Assembly (NCBI GenBank): GCA_037443265.1
Contig: JBBIOR010000004.1
Coordinates: 25,972-89,971 of the forward strand
Direction of reading: 5' to 3'
Origin: Candidatus Fraserbacteria bacterium
Lineage (GTDB): Bacteria > Bipolaricaulota > Bipolaricaulia > RBG-16-55-9
Length of the DNA stretch: 64,000 nucleotides
The position numbers were made by a program, and so were the translations under genes. Below the pieces are notes generated by a model. That model worked only from the letters and a program-made list of their open reading frames with translations. It did not search any database and was not told the origin of the DNA. Below, piece by piece: positions 35,901-45,732 of this stretch (positions are counted from its first letter, which is position 1; every line of letters starts with the position of its first letter).

Positions 35901-37895
35901 TTGGCAAGAAGCTTTATTGGCATGCTAGACGGGCAGAGAGAATATAAGCGGGAGGAAGAGGGCCTGCCGATCTGGAGAAGGCGGGAAGCCATCGCCACGG
36001 CCATCGCGGGCCTGCTCCTGCTGCTGGGTCTGGGCATCTCGTTCACCCACCGCGACCCAACGGTGGCATTCCTCCTCGGCCACCCCATTTCGGGCTCCAC
36101 GCTCTTGTATTTGGCTTCCGTGTTGTTTGGGGCCTATCACTTCGCCCGCCGGGGCTTAGAGGGCTTACGCACGTTTTCCGTGGGCGTAAACGCCCTCATG
36201 AGCCTGGCTGTGGTGGGTGCGGTCGCCATCGGAGAGTTTTTAGAAGCGGCCAGCTTGGCGTTTCTGTTCGCTCTGGCAGAGCTCTTGGAAGAATACTCCG
36301 TGGATCGCGCACGTCGCTCCCTTCAAGAGCTCATGAAACTGGCCCCAAATGAAGCCTGCGTCAAGCGCGACCTAGCTGAAGAGCTTGTGCCCGTCGAGCA
36401 GATCGAGATCGGAGAAATTATTATAGTCAAGCCAGGAGAACGCATCGCGCTCGATGGTGTTGTCGTTTCGGGTCGCTCGGCGGTCGATCAAGCTCCGATC
36501 ACGGGCGAGTCGATCCCCCTGGAGAAGAAGCCGGGAGATCCCGTCTACGCTGGGACCATCAATCAAGAGGGTTATGTGGAGATTCGGGTGACGAAGCGCC
36601 TGCAAGATACGACGCTTGCGCGGATCATTCATTTGGTGGAAGAGGCTGAGGCGCAGAAGGCTCCTTCGGAGCGCTTTGTGGATCGCTTTGCCCGATACTA
36701 CACTCCCAGCGTGGTAGTAGTAGCCGTAGGCGTGGCCGCGATCCCGCCGCTCTTCTTGGGGGCGGCTTTTGGGGACTGGTTCGTGCGTGCTCTTTCGCTC
36801 TTGGTGATCGCCTGCCCTTGTGCTCTTTTGATCTCAACGCCCGTCTCGATCATCTCGGCCATCACCAGCGCCGCGCGCCATGGCGTGCTCGTCAAGGGAG
36901 GCGTCTATTTGGAAGAATTGGGCCAGATTCAAGCCATCGTGCTGGACAAGACGGGGACTCTTACCACAGGGCAACTCGAAGTCACGGATGTGATTGCCCT
37001 AGACGGCCGCTCGCCGGAGGAGGTCTTGAAGATTGCCGCGGCCTTGGAGCGCAAGAGCCAGCATCCGATCGCGCAAGCCATCGTGCGGCACTTTGAACTC
37101 ATGCACGAGGGGCGACTCCTGCCCGAAGCAAGAGGCTTCAAATCGCTGACGGGCCAAGGAGTCCAGGCACGGCTGGACGGGGACGCGCAGCCCTATCTCG
37201 TGGGCACGCTTCAGCTCTTTGCGCCCGATGGAGCTCCGATCTCGGTGCCTGCGGAATTTACGCGCTTAGAAGCTGAGGGCAAGACGGTCGTGCTCGTGGG
37301 CACGCCGGAGCGTCTGATCGGGCTGATCGCCTTAGCGGATCAGCTCCGTCCTGAGGCCCAGCGGACTGTGCATAAGCTCAAGCGCCTTGGGCTGGAAGTC
37401 GTGATGATCACCGGGGACAACCCGGGCACGGCTCAGGCCGTATCCGAGCAGCTGGGCATTGAGCACTATCACGCAGGAGTTCTGCCTGAGGGCAAAGTGG
37501 CAGAGATCGAAAAACTGCTTAAACAATATGGCAAAGTCGCGATGGTGGGCGATGGGGTGAACGATGCGCCGGCCCTGGCGGCGGCGACTGTGGGAATTGC
37601 CATGGGAGCGATCGGAACAGACGCGGCCCTGGAGACGGCCGATGTGGCCCTGATGGCGGATGATCTTAGCAAGCTGCCGTATCTCATTGAGCTTGCTCGC
37701 CAGGCGCGCCGGGTGATTCAGCAGAACATCGGGTTCTCGATTCTCACCAAACTCAGCCTGGGTCTGGGAGTCTTTCCCGGCTATGTGACGTTGGTGTTGG
37801 CCGTGCTGGTGGGCGACATGGGGGCCTCACTGGCGGTCACGGGCAATGCGATGCGCTTGGCGCGCGTACGTGCCAGGAGCCAGGAGGCAGGATGA
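35901..37895 (+). CDS. Heavy-metal P1B-type ATPase without an N-terminal metal-binding domain (P1B-2-like, putative Zn/Cd/Pb)
   Basis: CPC lies in TM6, with DKTGTLT, HP and GDGVNDAP present. TM7 N...K and TM8 DMGAS resemble the ZntA/CadA subtype rather than the Cu+ subtype. No HMA domain is present. It sits in the same operon as csoR. Confidence 0.7.
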   Translation: MARSFIGMLDGQREYKREEEGLPIWRRREAIATAIAGLLLLLGLGISFTHRDPTVAFLLGHPISGSTLLYLASVLFGAYHFARRGLEGLRTFSVGVNALMSLAVVGAVAIGEFLEAASLAFLFALAELLEEYSVDRARRSLQELMKLAPNEACVKRDLAEELVPVEQIEIGEIIIVKPGERIALDGVVVSGRSAVDQAPITGESIPLEKKPGDPVYAGTINQEGYVEIRVTKRLQDTTLARIIHLVEEAEAQKAPSERFVDRFARYYTPSVVVVAVGVAAIPPLFLGAAFGDWFVRALSLLVIACPCALLISTPVSIISAITSAARHGVLVKGGVYLEELGQIQAIVLDKTGTLTTGQLEVTDVIALDGRSPEEVLKIAAALERKSQHPIAQAIVRHFELMHEGRLLPEARGFKSLTGQGVQARLDGDAQPYLVGTLQLFAPDGAPISVPAEFTRLEAEGKTVVLVGTPERLIGLIALADQLRPEAQRTVHKLKRLGLEVVMITGDNPGTAQAVSEQLGIEHYHAGVLPEGKVAEIEKLLKQYGKVAMVGDGVNDAPALAAATVGIAMGAIGTDAALETADVALMADDLSKLPYLIELARQARRVIQQNIGFSILTKLSLGLGVFPGYVTLVLAVLVGDMGASLAVTGNAMRLARVRARSQEAG

Positions 37896-38434
37896 CCAGA
37901 AGAGCAGCCTTCACGATGCTCCTGAGTGCTGTGCTCACCGGTCTGTCAACAGTGCGAGTTGATGCGCACTTTTCGATTCCAGCGCGGGCTGATGGCCTGA
38001 ATCTGACGCTGGAGGTAGTCGCCCTGGACATCCCTGAGGGTGAAGAAGGCGATGTGCGGCTGACAGTTGGCTCGCATCGCTTCAGGCTCTACGTGTTGGA
38101 TGAAGGATATCGCCCTGTGGACGGAGCAGACATCAAGTTGACCTTCCATCCGCCTTCAACAGAGCTAGGCGCACAACAGATACTCACACCGGAAGGTCAA
38201 GGGGCTTACCGTGCGGAAGGAGCGTTCCTCAGCCGGCCAGGAGCTTGGCGCGTGGCAGCTGTCATTCGGCTGCCGGGTCGGACAGAACCCATTGTGGCTG
38301 ATTTTGAGCTGGACGTTGCTCCTGCACCCTCAGCGGGTATACCCTTGAGTCTCTGGGCTGCCGTGGGCTTGTTGCTCGTGCTCGGCGGCATCGGGGTGAT
38401 CGCCTTGCGCGTACGCCGCAGGCGCCACGGATGA
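37892..38434 (+). CDS. Membrane-anchored periplasmic protein, possible CopC-like copper-binding domain
   Basis: A signal peptide is present with a predicted mature N-terminal His (VDA/HFSIP...), a ~110-aa beta-rich domain and a C-terminal TM anchor. The gene is the last one in the metal cluster (ATGA overlap). Confidence 0.45.
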   Translation: MTRRAAFTMLLSAVLTGLSTVRVDAHFSIPARADGLNLTLEVVALDIPEGEEGDVRLTVGSHRFRLYVLDEGYRPVDGADIKLTFHPPSTELGAQQILTPEGQGAYRAEGAFLSRPGAWRVAAVIRLPGRTEPIVADFELDVAPAPSAGIPLSLWAAVGLLLVLGGIGVIALRVRRRRHG

Positions 38435-38637
38435 AGGGACCGAGCTCGAAGGGGCTGACTACCATCATGGCTAAGCCCTATGGTATCTTCTAGAATAGAG
38501 GCCGATGAACGTCCTCAAGTATGGAGCGCTCTTTAGGCAGTAAGGCATCACATATTTCTGGCTGGGCCCGATGTCCATGGAGACCATGGTGCAGGGCTTT
38601 CGCCAGACGACCCGCGCCTTGAAAGGAGAGCCCTGAA

Positions 38638-40272
38638 GTGCTGAAAGCCTTCACCAGTGACATCGGAACGTTCTTCTCTTCGAGGTGGGTCGTTGGCATG
38701 TTGCTGGCTCTCGGGCTGGTCGGGCTGATCGTCTCACTCTCTCAACCTCAGCTCTTCCCACCCACGCTCTTCTTCGCGGGCGTCTGGTATACGCGCTTGT
38801 TCTGGCTTCTGCTGGCTCTTAGCGTAGGAGTGCTTCTCGGACGCGGCGTGCGAGCGGCCTTCCGGCTCATGGCTCAGCAGGGAGTGAGTTGGGTCATCTA
38901 TCGCTTCCTCACATCCATACGCCTGGCGATTGTGATGATCGCGCTCCTCGTGCTCATCGGGCTCATCAGCACGATCGTTCCACAGCTCAACTTCAATCGG
39001 CGCATTGATCTCCTCAGCCGCTATGGAGGAGCCAACTTTGAGCTTTTGGAATCCCTTGGCTTCTTCACGATCTTCAGCAGCTGGTACACGTATGCGATTG
39101 TCGCGCTCTTTGTGCTCAATCTATCCGCCTGCACGATCAAGCGCCTGCGGGCTTCGCTTAAGTATGTGAGAATGCCGATGCGCCCCAAGTCCAAAGAAGC
39201 CTTCGCGTACATGCCATGCCAAAAGGAGCTGGCCTTCGTGCCTGAGAGGGCAGATGCCCTCAGGGAGCGCGTGCGCTGCCTGTTACAAGCCCGGAGATAT
39301 CGCGTTCGTGAAGAGAACGGACAGCTTCTGGCCGAGAAGCACCGCTGGGAGCGCTTTTCGATCGACGTCTTTCATGTGAGCCTGCTGGTGGCCATCGGGG
39401 CTTTGATCCTCACCAACACGCTGGGGTATGACTTTGTGCAGATCAACTACAAGGGCGATGTCTTCTCCGTGCCGGGCCGGGATTTTCAAGTGCGGGTGGA
39501 CGACTTCTGGAGCGAGAATTATCCGGACACCGATCGCGTGATGGACTGGAAGACCCGCCTTACTGTCATCGAGGATGGGCGCGCAGTTGTGACGGGCATC
39601 ACCGAAGTCAACCATCCCTTCACGTATCAAGGGGTGAGCATCTATCAAGCGGCGATGGGAGAAGATTGGCTGGGCGGGGCGCGCGTGACGCTACGGGTCC
39701 AACAGGCCGATGGGACGGACTTGGGAGAATATCGAGCGAAAGTGAACGAGAGTTTCGAGATTCCTGAGCAGGGCATCTCCGTCAAGGTCGGGGCGTTCTT
39801 GCCGGATTTCGCGCTCTCCAATGGAATCGCCTATAGCAAGACCCAGAGGCTGCTCAACCCCGCGGTCTATCTCGAGGTGTATCCACAGGGCAAAAGCGCT
39901 CTGCTCTTCAGCACCTGGGCCTTCGCGCAGTTGCCCGAGATTCAACTGATGCTGAACAATCCGTATCGATTCTATCTGGAGGGCATGTCCGCTCCGCAGT
40001 TCACGGGGCTTGAGCTCAGCTGGGATCCGGGCCTGCCCGTGGCCTATGCGGCCTTCGTCCTGATGATCGCGATGCTCATCGCGCATCTTTACTTCAAGCA
40101 TCAGATGATCTGGGTCGAGATCGATGAAGAATCTGGGGTCTTGCGCTTGGGCGGGCGCAGCCGCAAGGGCGATTTCACGGCGGAATTTGAGGCCATCATC
40201 GAGAAGATTGGGGAGGCCGGCTTGGAGTGGCAACCCATCTTCGTAAGAGAAGAGGAGGAGCTCCACGTATGA
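38638..40272 (+). CDS. resB: Cytochrome c biogenesis protein ResB/Ccs1 (system II)
   Basis: The 544-aa product has N-terminal TM segments, a large periplasmic domain and a C-terminal TM. It uses a GTG start with SD AAAGGAGAG and is coupled to ccsA. Confidence 0.8.
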   Translation: MLKAFTSDIGTFFSSRWVVGMLLALGLVGLIVSLSQPQLFPPTLFFAGVWYTRLFWLLLALSVGVLLGRGVRAAFRLMAQQGVSWVIYRFLTSIRLAIVMIALLVLIGLISTIVPQLNFNRRIDLLSRYGGANFELLESLGFFTIFSSWYTYAIVALFVLNLSACTIKRLRASLKYVRMPMRPKSKEAFAYMPCQKELAFVPERADALRERVRCLLQARRYRVREENGQLLAEKHRWERFSIDVFHVSLLVAIGALILTNTLGYDFVQINYKGDVFSVPGRDFQVRVDDFWSENYPDTDRVMDWKTRLTVIEDGRAVVTGITEVNHPFTYQGVSIYQAAMGEDWLGGARVTLRVQQADGTDLGEYRAKVNESFEIPEQGISVKVGAFLPDFALSNGIAYSKTQRLLNPAVYLEVYPQGKSALLFSTWAFAQLPEIQLMLNNPYRFYLEGMSAPQFTGLELSWDPGLPVAYAAFVLMIAMLIAHLYFKHQMIWVEIDEESGVLRLGGRSRKGDFTAEFEAIIEKIGEAGLEWQPIFVREEEELHV

Positions 40273-41165
40273 TCGATAGCACGTTCTTCTTCTTTTTGAG
40301 CACACTCGGGTATTTTCTGGCGTTTCTGTTCTATCTGTTGGGAGCGGTGTTGGGGGGGTCTAGAGAAGGAACTAGCCCGCAGGCGTTAGGAATCACCGCG
40401 AGTCTCGCGCGCCCAAGCCAGATCAACTGGGGACTGCTGGCGCTGTGGATGACGCGTTTCAGCGTGCTTCTGGCCACCGTAGGGGTGGTGTGGCGCACAG
40501 TGGAGCTGGGAATCGCCTCCCACTGGGCGATCTCCGTCTTCTTGCCCGTGACGACCACCTATGAGACGCTCACCTTCATGGCCTGGATCATCCCGCTTGC
40601 GTACCTCATTCTTGAACGTCGCTATCGCTTCTTGGGCGTCGGAGTGTTCATCACAGGGATGGCGTTTGTGATGCTGGCCCTGGCTGCCCTGCCGACGATC
40701 GCCCCTCGCCAGGTCGCTCCGGTTGTGCCCTCGCTGCAGAGCTATTGGCTGGTCATCCACGTGCTCTTCATGCTCATAGGCATCGCGCTCTTCACCACGG
40801 GGTTTGGGGCCAGCGTGCTGCTGCTCTGGAAGCGCTATCGAGGGACGGATCCCGCTCTGCTGCAAAGGCTCGAAGAGTTGAGTTACAAAGCGAATGCGTT
40901 GGGGTTCCCATTTTATGGGATCGGCGGGGTGATCTTCGGCGGCATCTGGGCCAAGCAGGCCTGGGGGGCCTACTGGGAGTGGGACCCCAAAGAGACTGCG
41001 ATGCTCATCGCCTGGCTGGCGTATGCCGTGTACCTGCACGCGCGGCTCCGCTGGGGCTGGCGTGACCTAAAAGTCAGCTGGCTCTCTGTGGTCGCGTATC
41101 TCCTCGTGCTTTACACTTGGATCGGGATCAACTACTTTGTGCGCAGCTTGCATAGCTTCATCTGA
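40269..41165 (+). CDS. ccsA: Cytochrome c-type biogenesis protein CcsA/ResC (heme channel, WWD domain)
   Basis: WGAYWEWDPKE, the W-rich heme-handling motif, is present. The ATG overlaps the resB stop. Confidence 0.88.
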   Translation: MIDSTFFFFLSTLGYFLAFLFYLLGAVLGGSREGTSPQALGITASLARPSQINWGLLALWMTRFSVLLATVGVVWRTVELGIASHWAISVFLPVTTTYETLTFMAWIIPLAYLILERRYRFLGVGVFITGMAFVMLALAALPTIAPRQVAPVVPSLQSYWLVIHVLFMLIGIALFTTGFGASVLLLWKRYRGTDPALLQRLEELSYKANALGFPFYGIGGVIFGGIWAKQAWGAYWEWDPKETAMLIAWLAYAVYLHARLRWGWRDLKVSWLSVVAYLLVLYTWIGINYFVRSLHSFI

Positions 41166-41180
41166 CAGGATCAAAGGCAA

Positions 41181-41207
41181 GGGCGGCCCTTGCGAGCCGC
41201 CCTTTGG
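41181..41207 (+). terminator. Rho-independent terminator after ccsA
   Basis: The stem is GGGCGGC-CCTTGCGA-GCCGCCC followed by TTTGG, and it begins 16 nt after the ccsA stop. Confidence 0.6.
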
Positions 41208-41314
41208 AGGTGAGAGGGTTAGCAACCTCTTGGCTCTATACCCCTGAGCCAAGCCCAAGGAGGTGATACCAGTGTTACTATAGCCTTGGAGTGATGAGAA
41301 ATCTGTGATGCGAC

Positions 41315-42787
41315 TCACACTGGCCTCTGTTTCTGTTCGGCCATTAACTTTCGAGCCTGAGCCAAGGCTTCGGTCCGACTGCGGATCTCCCCGGCGAAGA
41401 TTTTTTCATAGAGCTCATCGAGGAGCCGGCCGAGCTCGGGCCCTCTCTTAACGCCCAGCCTCAAAAGATCATGCCCATCGATGAGCTTCCGCGCTTGAGT
41501 CAATTGCTCGAGTTCCTGCACATGGAGGAGCAGATCCTTCACGGCCTGCAACACCGGCAGCCAGCCTTGAGATCTCATGGCGCTCGCTTGACAATCTGCG
41601 ATCATAAGCTGGATGAGCTTGGAAAAATAGGGGAAGCGGCCGGGAAAATTCTCGATGCGCTGCGTAGGGTCTTCGCCGTGTTTGAGGAATCTCACTTGCT
41701 TGCCCCTGGCCATCTGGGGGAAGTGGCCGATGCGCTGATGCTCTTTCACTAAATACTCGACGAGGCGAATCTCGGAGTTGCTCAAGCGCAGCCGGCGGCA
41801 GATCTCTTTGGCCATTTCGGCTCCGATTGCATCATGGCCTGCGGCGTTCTCCCCAAGATTGATCTTCAGGGCTTGAGGTTTCCCGATGTCATGGAGCAGG
41901 ATGGCCAGCTTGACCAGCGGATCTTTGATGAAGCGATCGGCCACCTCCAGGGCCAAGAGCGTGTGGGTGTACACGTCCCCTTCAGGGTGGTACCGCTCGG
42001 GCTGCGGGACGCCTTTGCAGGAGAGGAGCTCCGGGAGGATCAGATTAAGGAGGCCATGCTCGTCGAGCAGTTGGATGCCTCGTGCAGAGCAAGACGTACG
42101 CAAGAGCGCCACCAGCTCGTCGCGAATGCGTTCTGCTGAAATCCGCAACAAACCTTGATGATGAGTGCGAATGGCCGCGCTCGTCTCCGGGGCAAGTTTC
42201 GCCTCCAGATGGCAGGCGAAGCGGATGGCCCTGAGCAGTCTCAAATAGTCTTCCCGAAAGCGCTCGTTGGGATCGCCAATGGTGCGAATGACCCTCCGGC
42301 GCAGATCGTCCACGCCTCCGATGAGGTCGATGACTTGCCCATCCGGACGGGCGGCCAACCCGTTGATCGTAAAATCCCTGCGGTGCACGTCTTGCTTGAG
42401 ATCGCGAACGAGCTCCACGCGGGTGGGCCAGCGGCCGTCGTATTCGCCCTCCGTGCGAAACGTGGCGACCTCATAGGGCTTACCCTCTGGGCTGACAATC
42501 TTGAGCACGCCGAAAGCCTTTCCGACTTCGTGAATGCGATGGCCCTTGAAGATCTTTTGGACCTCCTCCGGCATGGCGGAGGTCGCGATGTCTACTTCCT
42601 TTGGCTCGAAGTCCTCCTCTTGTGCCCGTTCCAGCTGGGTGCGCAGGGCGTCGCGAACGATCCCGCCGATTAAGACCGCTTTATGGCCAGCTTGGGTGAG
42701 CCTTTCGAGGATTACTCTCGCAAAGGGATGACGAGTGAAGATCTTCTCAACGTCGATTCTAAGACCCTGGGATTTTGTGCGCCTCAT
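41315..42787 (-). CDS. cca: CCA-adding tRNA nucleotidyltransferase with HD domain
   Basis: A PolyA-polymerase head domain is present (GGIVRDAL..DxD). A C-terminal HD domain (ILLHDIGK) is also present. The product is 490 aa. Confidence 0.85.
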   Translation of the reverse strand: MRRTKSQGLRIDVEKIFTRHPFARVILERLTQAGHKAVLIGGIVRDALRTQLERAQEEDFEPKEVDIATSAMPEEVQKIFKGHRIHEVGKAFGVLKIVSPEGKPYEVATFRTEGEYDGRWPTRVELVRDLKQDVHRRDFTINGLAARPDGQVIDLIGGVDDLRRRVIRTIGDPNERFREDYLRLLRAIRFACHLEAKLAPETSAAIRTHHQGLLRISAERIRDELVALLRTSCSARGIQLLDEHGLLNLILPELLSCKGVPQPERYHPEGDVYTHTLLALEVADRFIKDPLVKLAILLHDIGKPQALKINLGENAAGHDAIGAEMAKEICRRLRLSNSEIRLVEYLVKEHQRIGHFPQMARGKQVRFLKHGEDPTQRIENFPGRFPYFSKLIQLMIADCQASAMRSQGWLPVLQAVKDLLLHVQELEQLTQARKLIDGHDLLRLGVKRGPELGRLLDELYEKIFAGEIRSRTEALAQARKLMAEQKQRPV

Positions 42788-43590
42788 CGCAGATAGAGAG
42801 TGATCTCAGCTCTCACTTGAAGCTGAAGGGTTTTGTGCGCGCTCCCTTCTCTTAAGGCGATCTCCAAAAGATCGTGACTCCCTGGGACGAGACAGAGTTC
42901 GCCCGGATCGGCAAAGCCGTAGCTCTTCCTAAATCGAACGCGCGATTCGTGGCGCTCCGTCTTGAGCAGAAGCTCGTCATCGAAGACTACGCGCTCCCTG
43001 ATGAGCTTCGTCGGGATGTTCGTGATCGCGTTTCCGAAGCGATCCACATAGACCACTTGTCCATAGAACGCGCCTTGTTCTTCTAAAAACCGGCCGCCCT
43101 GGAAATCCAAGTCGGGCTCGACCCACTGTGAGATGGGCTGGCCGATCTTAGCCGCCGGCACACCGTTACAGAGATGGGCGGCCACGGACGCGAAGATATC
43201 CCGTCCTTGGAAGGTCGACGAGACGGGATGCCGGAAGAAGCGAGGATTGACGATCTCATAGGCGTGCATCGTGGTCTTGATCGCTTTGACAGCCGGGATC
43301 AATAGACCGTTATCTGGGCCGACGAAGATCCCTTGGCCGGAGGTGAAGATGAGCCCGCGGCGCGCGGTACCCACCCCCGGATCGACCACGGCGCAAAAGA
43401 CGGTGCTGGCCGGGAAGTAGGGGGCCACACTCCAGAGAACAAACGCGCCTTCCAGCACATCACGAGGCCCGATGTCATGCGTGATATCGATGATGCGTGC
43501 GGGGGTGATGCCGGCCGCCACAGCCCTCATGGCCGCGGGATAGGGGTTGCTCGAGCCAAAATCTGAAAGGAACGCGAGCACTCGCTTCAT
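42784..43590 (-). CDS. SAM hydroxide adenosyltransferase (DUF62 / SAM hydrolase, fluorinase-like fold)
   Basis: The 268-aa product carries the conserved DFGSSNPY, VVDPGVGT and YVDRFGN motifs of the family. It overlaps the cca start by 4 nt. Confidence 0.75.
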   Translation of the reverse strand: MKRVLAFLSDFGSSNPYPAAMRAVAAGITPARIIDITHDIGPRDVLEGAFVLWSVAPYFPASTVFCAVVDPGVGTARRGLIFTSGQGIFVGPDNGLLIPAVKAIKTTMHAYEIVNPRFFRHPVSSTFQGRDIFASVAAHLCNGVPAAKIGQPISQWVEPDLDFQGGRFLEEQGAFYGQVVYVDRFGNAITNIPTKLIRERVVFDDELLLKTERHESRVRFRKSYGFADPGELCLVPGSHDLLEIALREGSAHKTLQLQVRAEITLYLR

Positions 43591-43621
43591 GGCTTTTTGA
43601 TCATAGCGGAAATTATCCCCC

Positions 43622-43651
43622 TAGACATCCCCAGGCAAAGCCCTTTATAAT
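43622..43651 (+). promoter_or_regulatory. Promoter TAGACA-18-TATAAT for frr
   Basis: TATAAT is at 43646-43651. The SD AGAGGTGG precedes the ATG at 43678. Confidence 0.4.
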
Positions 43652-43677
43652 TTCTATCATTCAAGAGGTGGTCTCTT

Positions 43678-44235
43678 ATGCCCGATAAGAGCCTTCAAGA
43701 GCTGCGCCAGCACATGGAGAAATCCCTAAAGGTCTTCGAGGATGAGCTGAAGAAGCTGCGCACCGGGCGTGCCAGCCCGGCGATAGTCGAGGACGTGCAC
43801 GTGGATTATTACGGCACGAAAGTCCCTCTCAAGCACATCGCCAACATCACCGCACCGGATGCGAGCTTGATTGTCATCCGCCCCTACGACAAATCGCAAA
43901 TCCCGACCATCGAGAAGGCCATCCTCGAGGCGAATCTGGGGTTCAACCCGGCTAAAGACAACGAGATGATCCGGATTGCCGTGCCCAAGCCCTCGGAAGA
44001 ACGCCGAAGAGAATTGATCAAGATCATCCATCAGAAGGCCGAAGAGGCCCGGGTCTCCATCCGCAACATTCGGCGGCATCTAAAAGAACTCTTCGAGAAG
44101 CAGAAGGCCGATGGGCAGCTGAGCGAGGACGACTTCCATCGCGCCCTGAAAGAGATGGACAACATCACCCACGAGTTCACTGAAAAAATTGACCAGCTCA
44201 TGAAGGAGAAGGAGAAGCAGGTTCTTGAAGTCTGA
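43678..44235 (+). CDS. frr: Ribosome recycling factor
   Basis: The 185-aa product has the RRF signature (IRNIRRH...). It is not linked to pyrH or tsf here. Confidence 0.92.
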   Translation: MPDKSLQELRQHMEKSLKVFEDELKKLRTGRASPAIVEDVHVDYYGTKVPLKHIANITAPDASLIVIRPYDKSQIPTIEKAILEANLGFNPAKDNEMIRIAVPKPSEERRRELIKIIHQKAEEARVSIRNIRRHLKELFEKQKADGQLSEDDFHRALKEMDNITHEFTEKIDQLMKEKEKQVLEV

Positions 44236-44238
44236 AAG

Positions 44239-44916
44239 CTAGATGTACTCAGGGTTGGCCGTCAGCCAATAGATCGTACGCGCGCAGATGTTGACGGCGT
44301 GATCTCCCACGCGCTCCAGATCGCGTATCGACCAGAGGACCGTGATCGTGTTGGCAGCAATCTCTTGAGCTTGTCCTGGGGTATGGGCTTGAGAGGCGTC
44401 GCGCATGATCCCCATAAGCGTTTCCGTGCGCAGATCCCAGCAGCGCTGATCCATCTCGCCGTCTCGCTCGATGATCTCTCGAGCTTTCTCCACATCCCGC
44501 GTGCGGAAGGCCTGCAAGCCGTCTTCCAGCATCCGACTGGCAAAGTGGCCCAGCGCCAGCAGCTCCTCTTTGGGAACGAGCACGAAGGCCTCAGACACGA
44601 GGGCATACTCTCCCAAATTGACCGCGAGATCCGCCACGCGCTCCAGATCCGTCACGATCTTGAAGGCGCTCAGGATCTGTCTGAGGTCCCCGGCCACCGG
44701 CTGCTGGAGCGCCAGAAGATCCGTGCACCTCTTCTCGAGATCAAGAGCCAGTCGGTCGATCGTGTTGTCCCAAGCATCGAGACTCTCGGCCAGGGCGCGA
44801 TCGTGGTCGCGGATGGCTTGAAGGCCCCTATGCAAGCCCTCAAGCACGCGTCGGCCCATGTCCGAGACGGCTTCGAGCAAGCCATCCAGTTGCTGTTGGT
44901 AGCTTTCGCGCACCAT
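44239..44916 (-). CDS. phoU: Phosphate signalling regulator PhoU
   Basis: Two PhoU repeats are present. It is the last gene of the pst operon. Confidence 0.9.
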   Translation of the reverse strand: MVRESYQQQLDGLLEAVSDMGRRVLEGLHRGLQAIRDHDRALAESLDAWDNTIDRLALDLEKRCTDLLALQQPVAGDLRQILSAFKIVTDLERVADLAVNLGEYALVSEAFVLVPKEELLALGHFASRMLEDGLQAFRTRDVEKAREIIERDGEMDQRCWDLRTETLMGIMRDASQAHTPGQAQEIAANTITVLWSIRDLERVGDHAVNICARTIYWLTANPEYI

Positions 44917-44927
44917 GATTTTCTATT

Positions 44928-45731
<804 letters not shown>

Positions 45732-45732
45732 T

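Noticed and set aside
38490-38699. 69-aa minus-strand ORF in the copC-like/resB intergenic region
   Set aside because: It has no SD, overlaps the resB start and SD on the opposite strand, and its composition is not protein-like.
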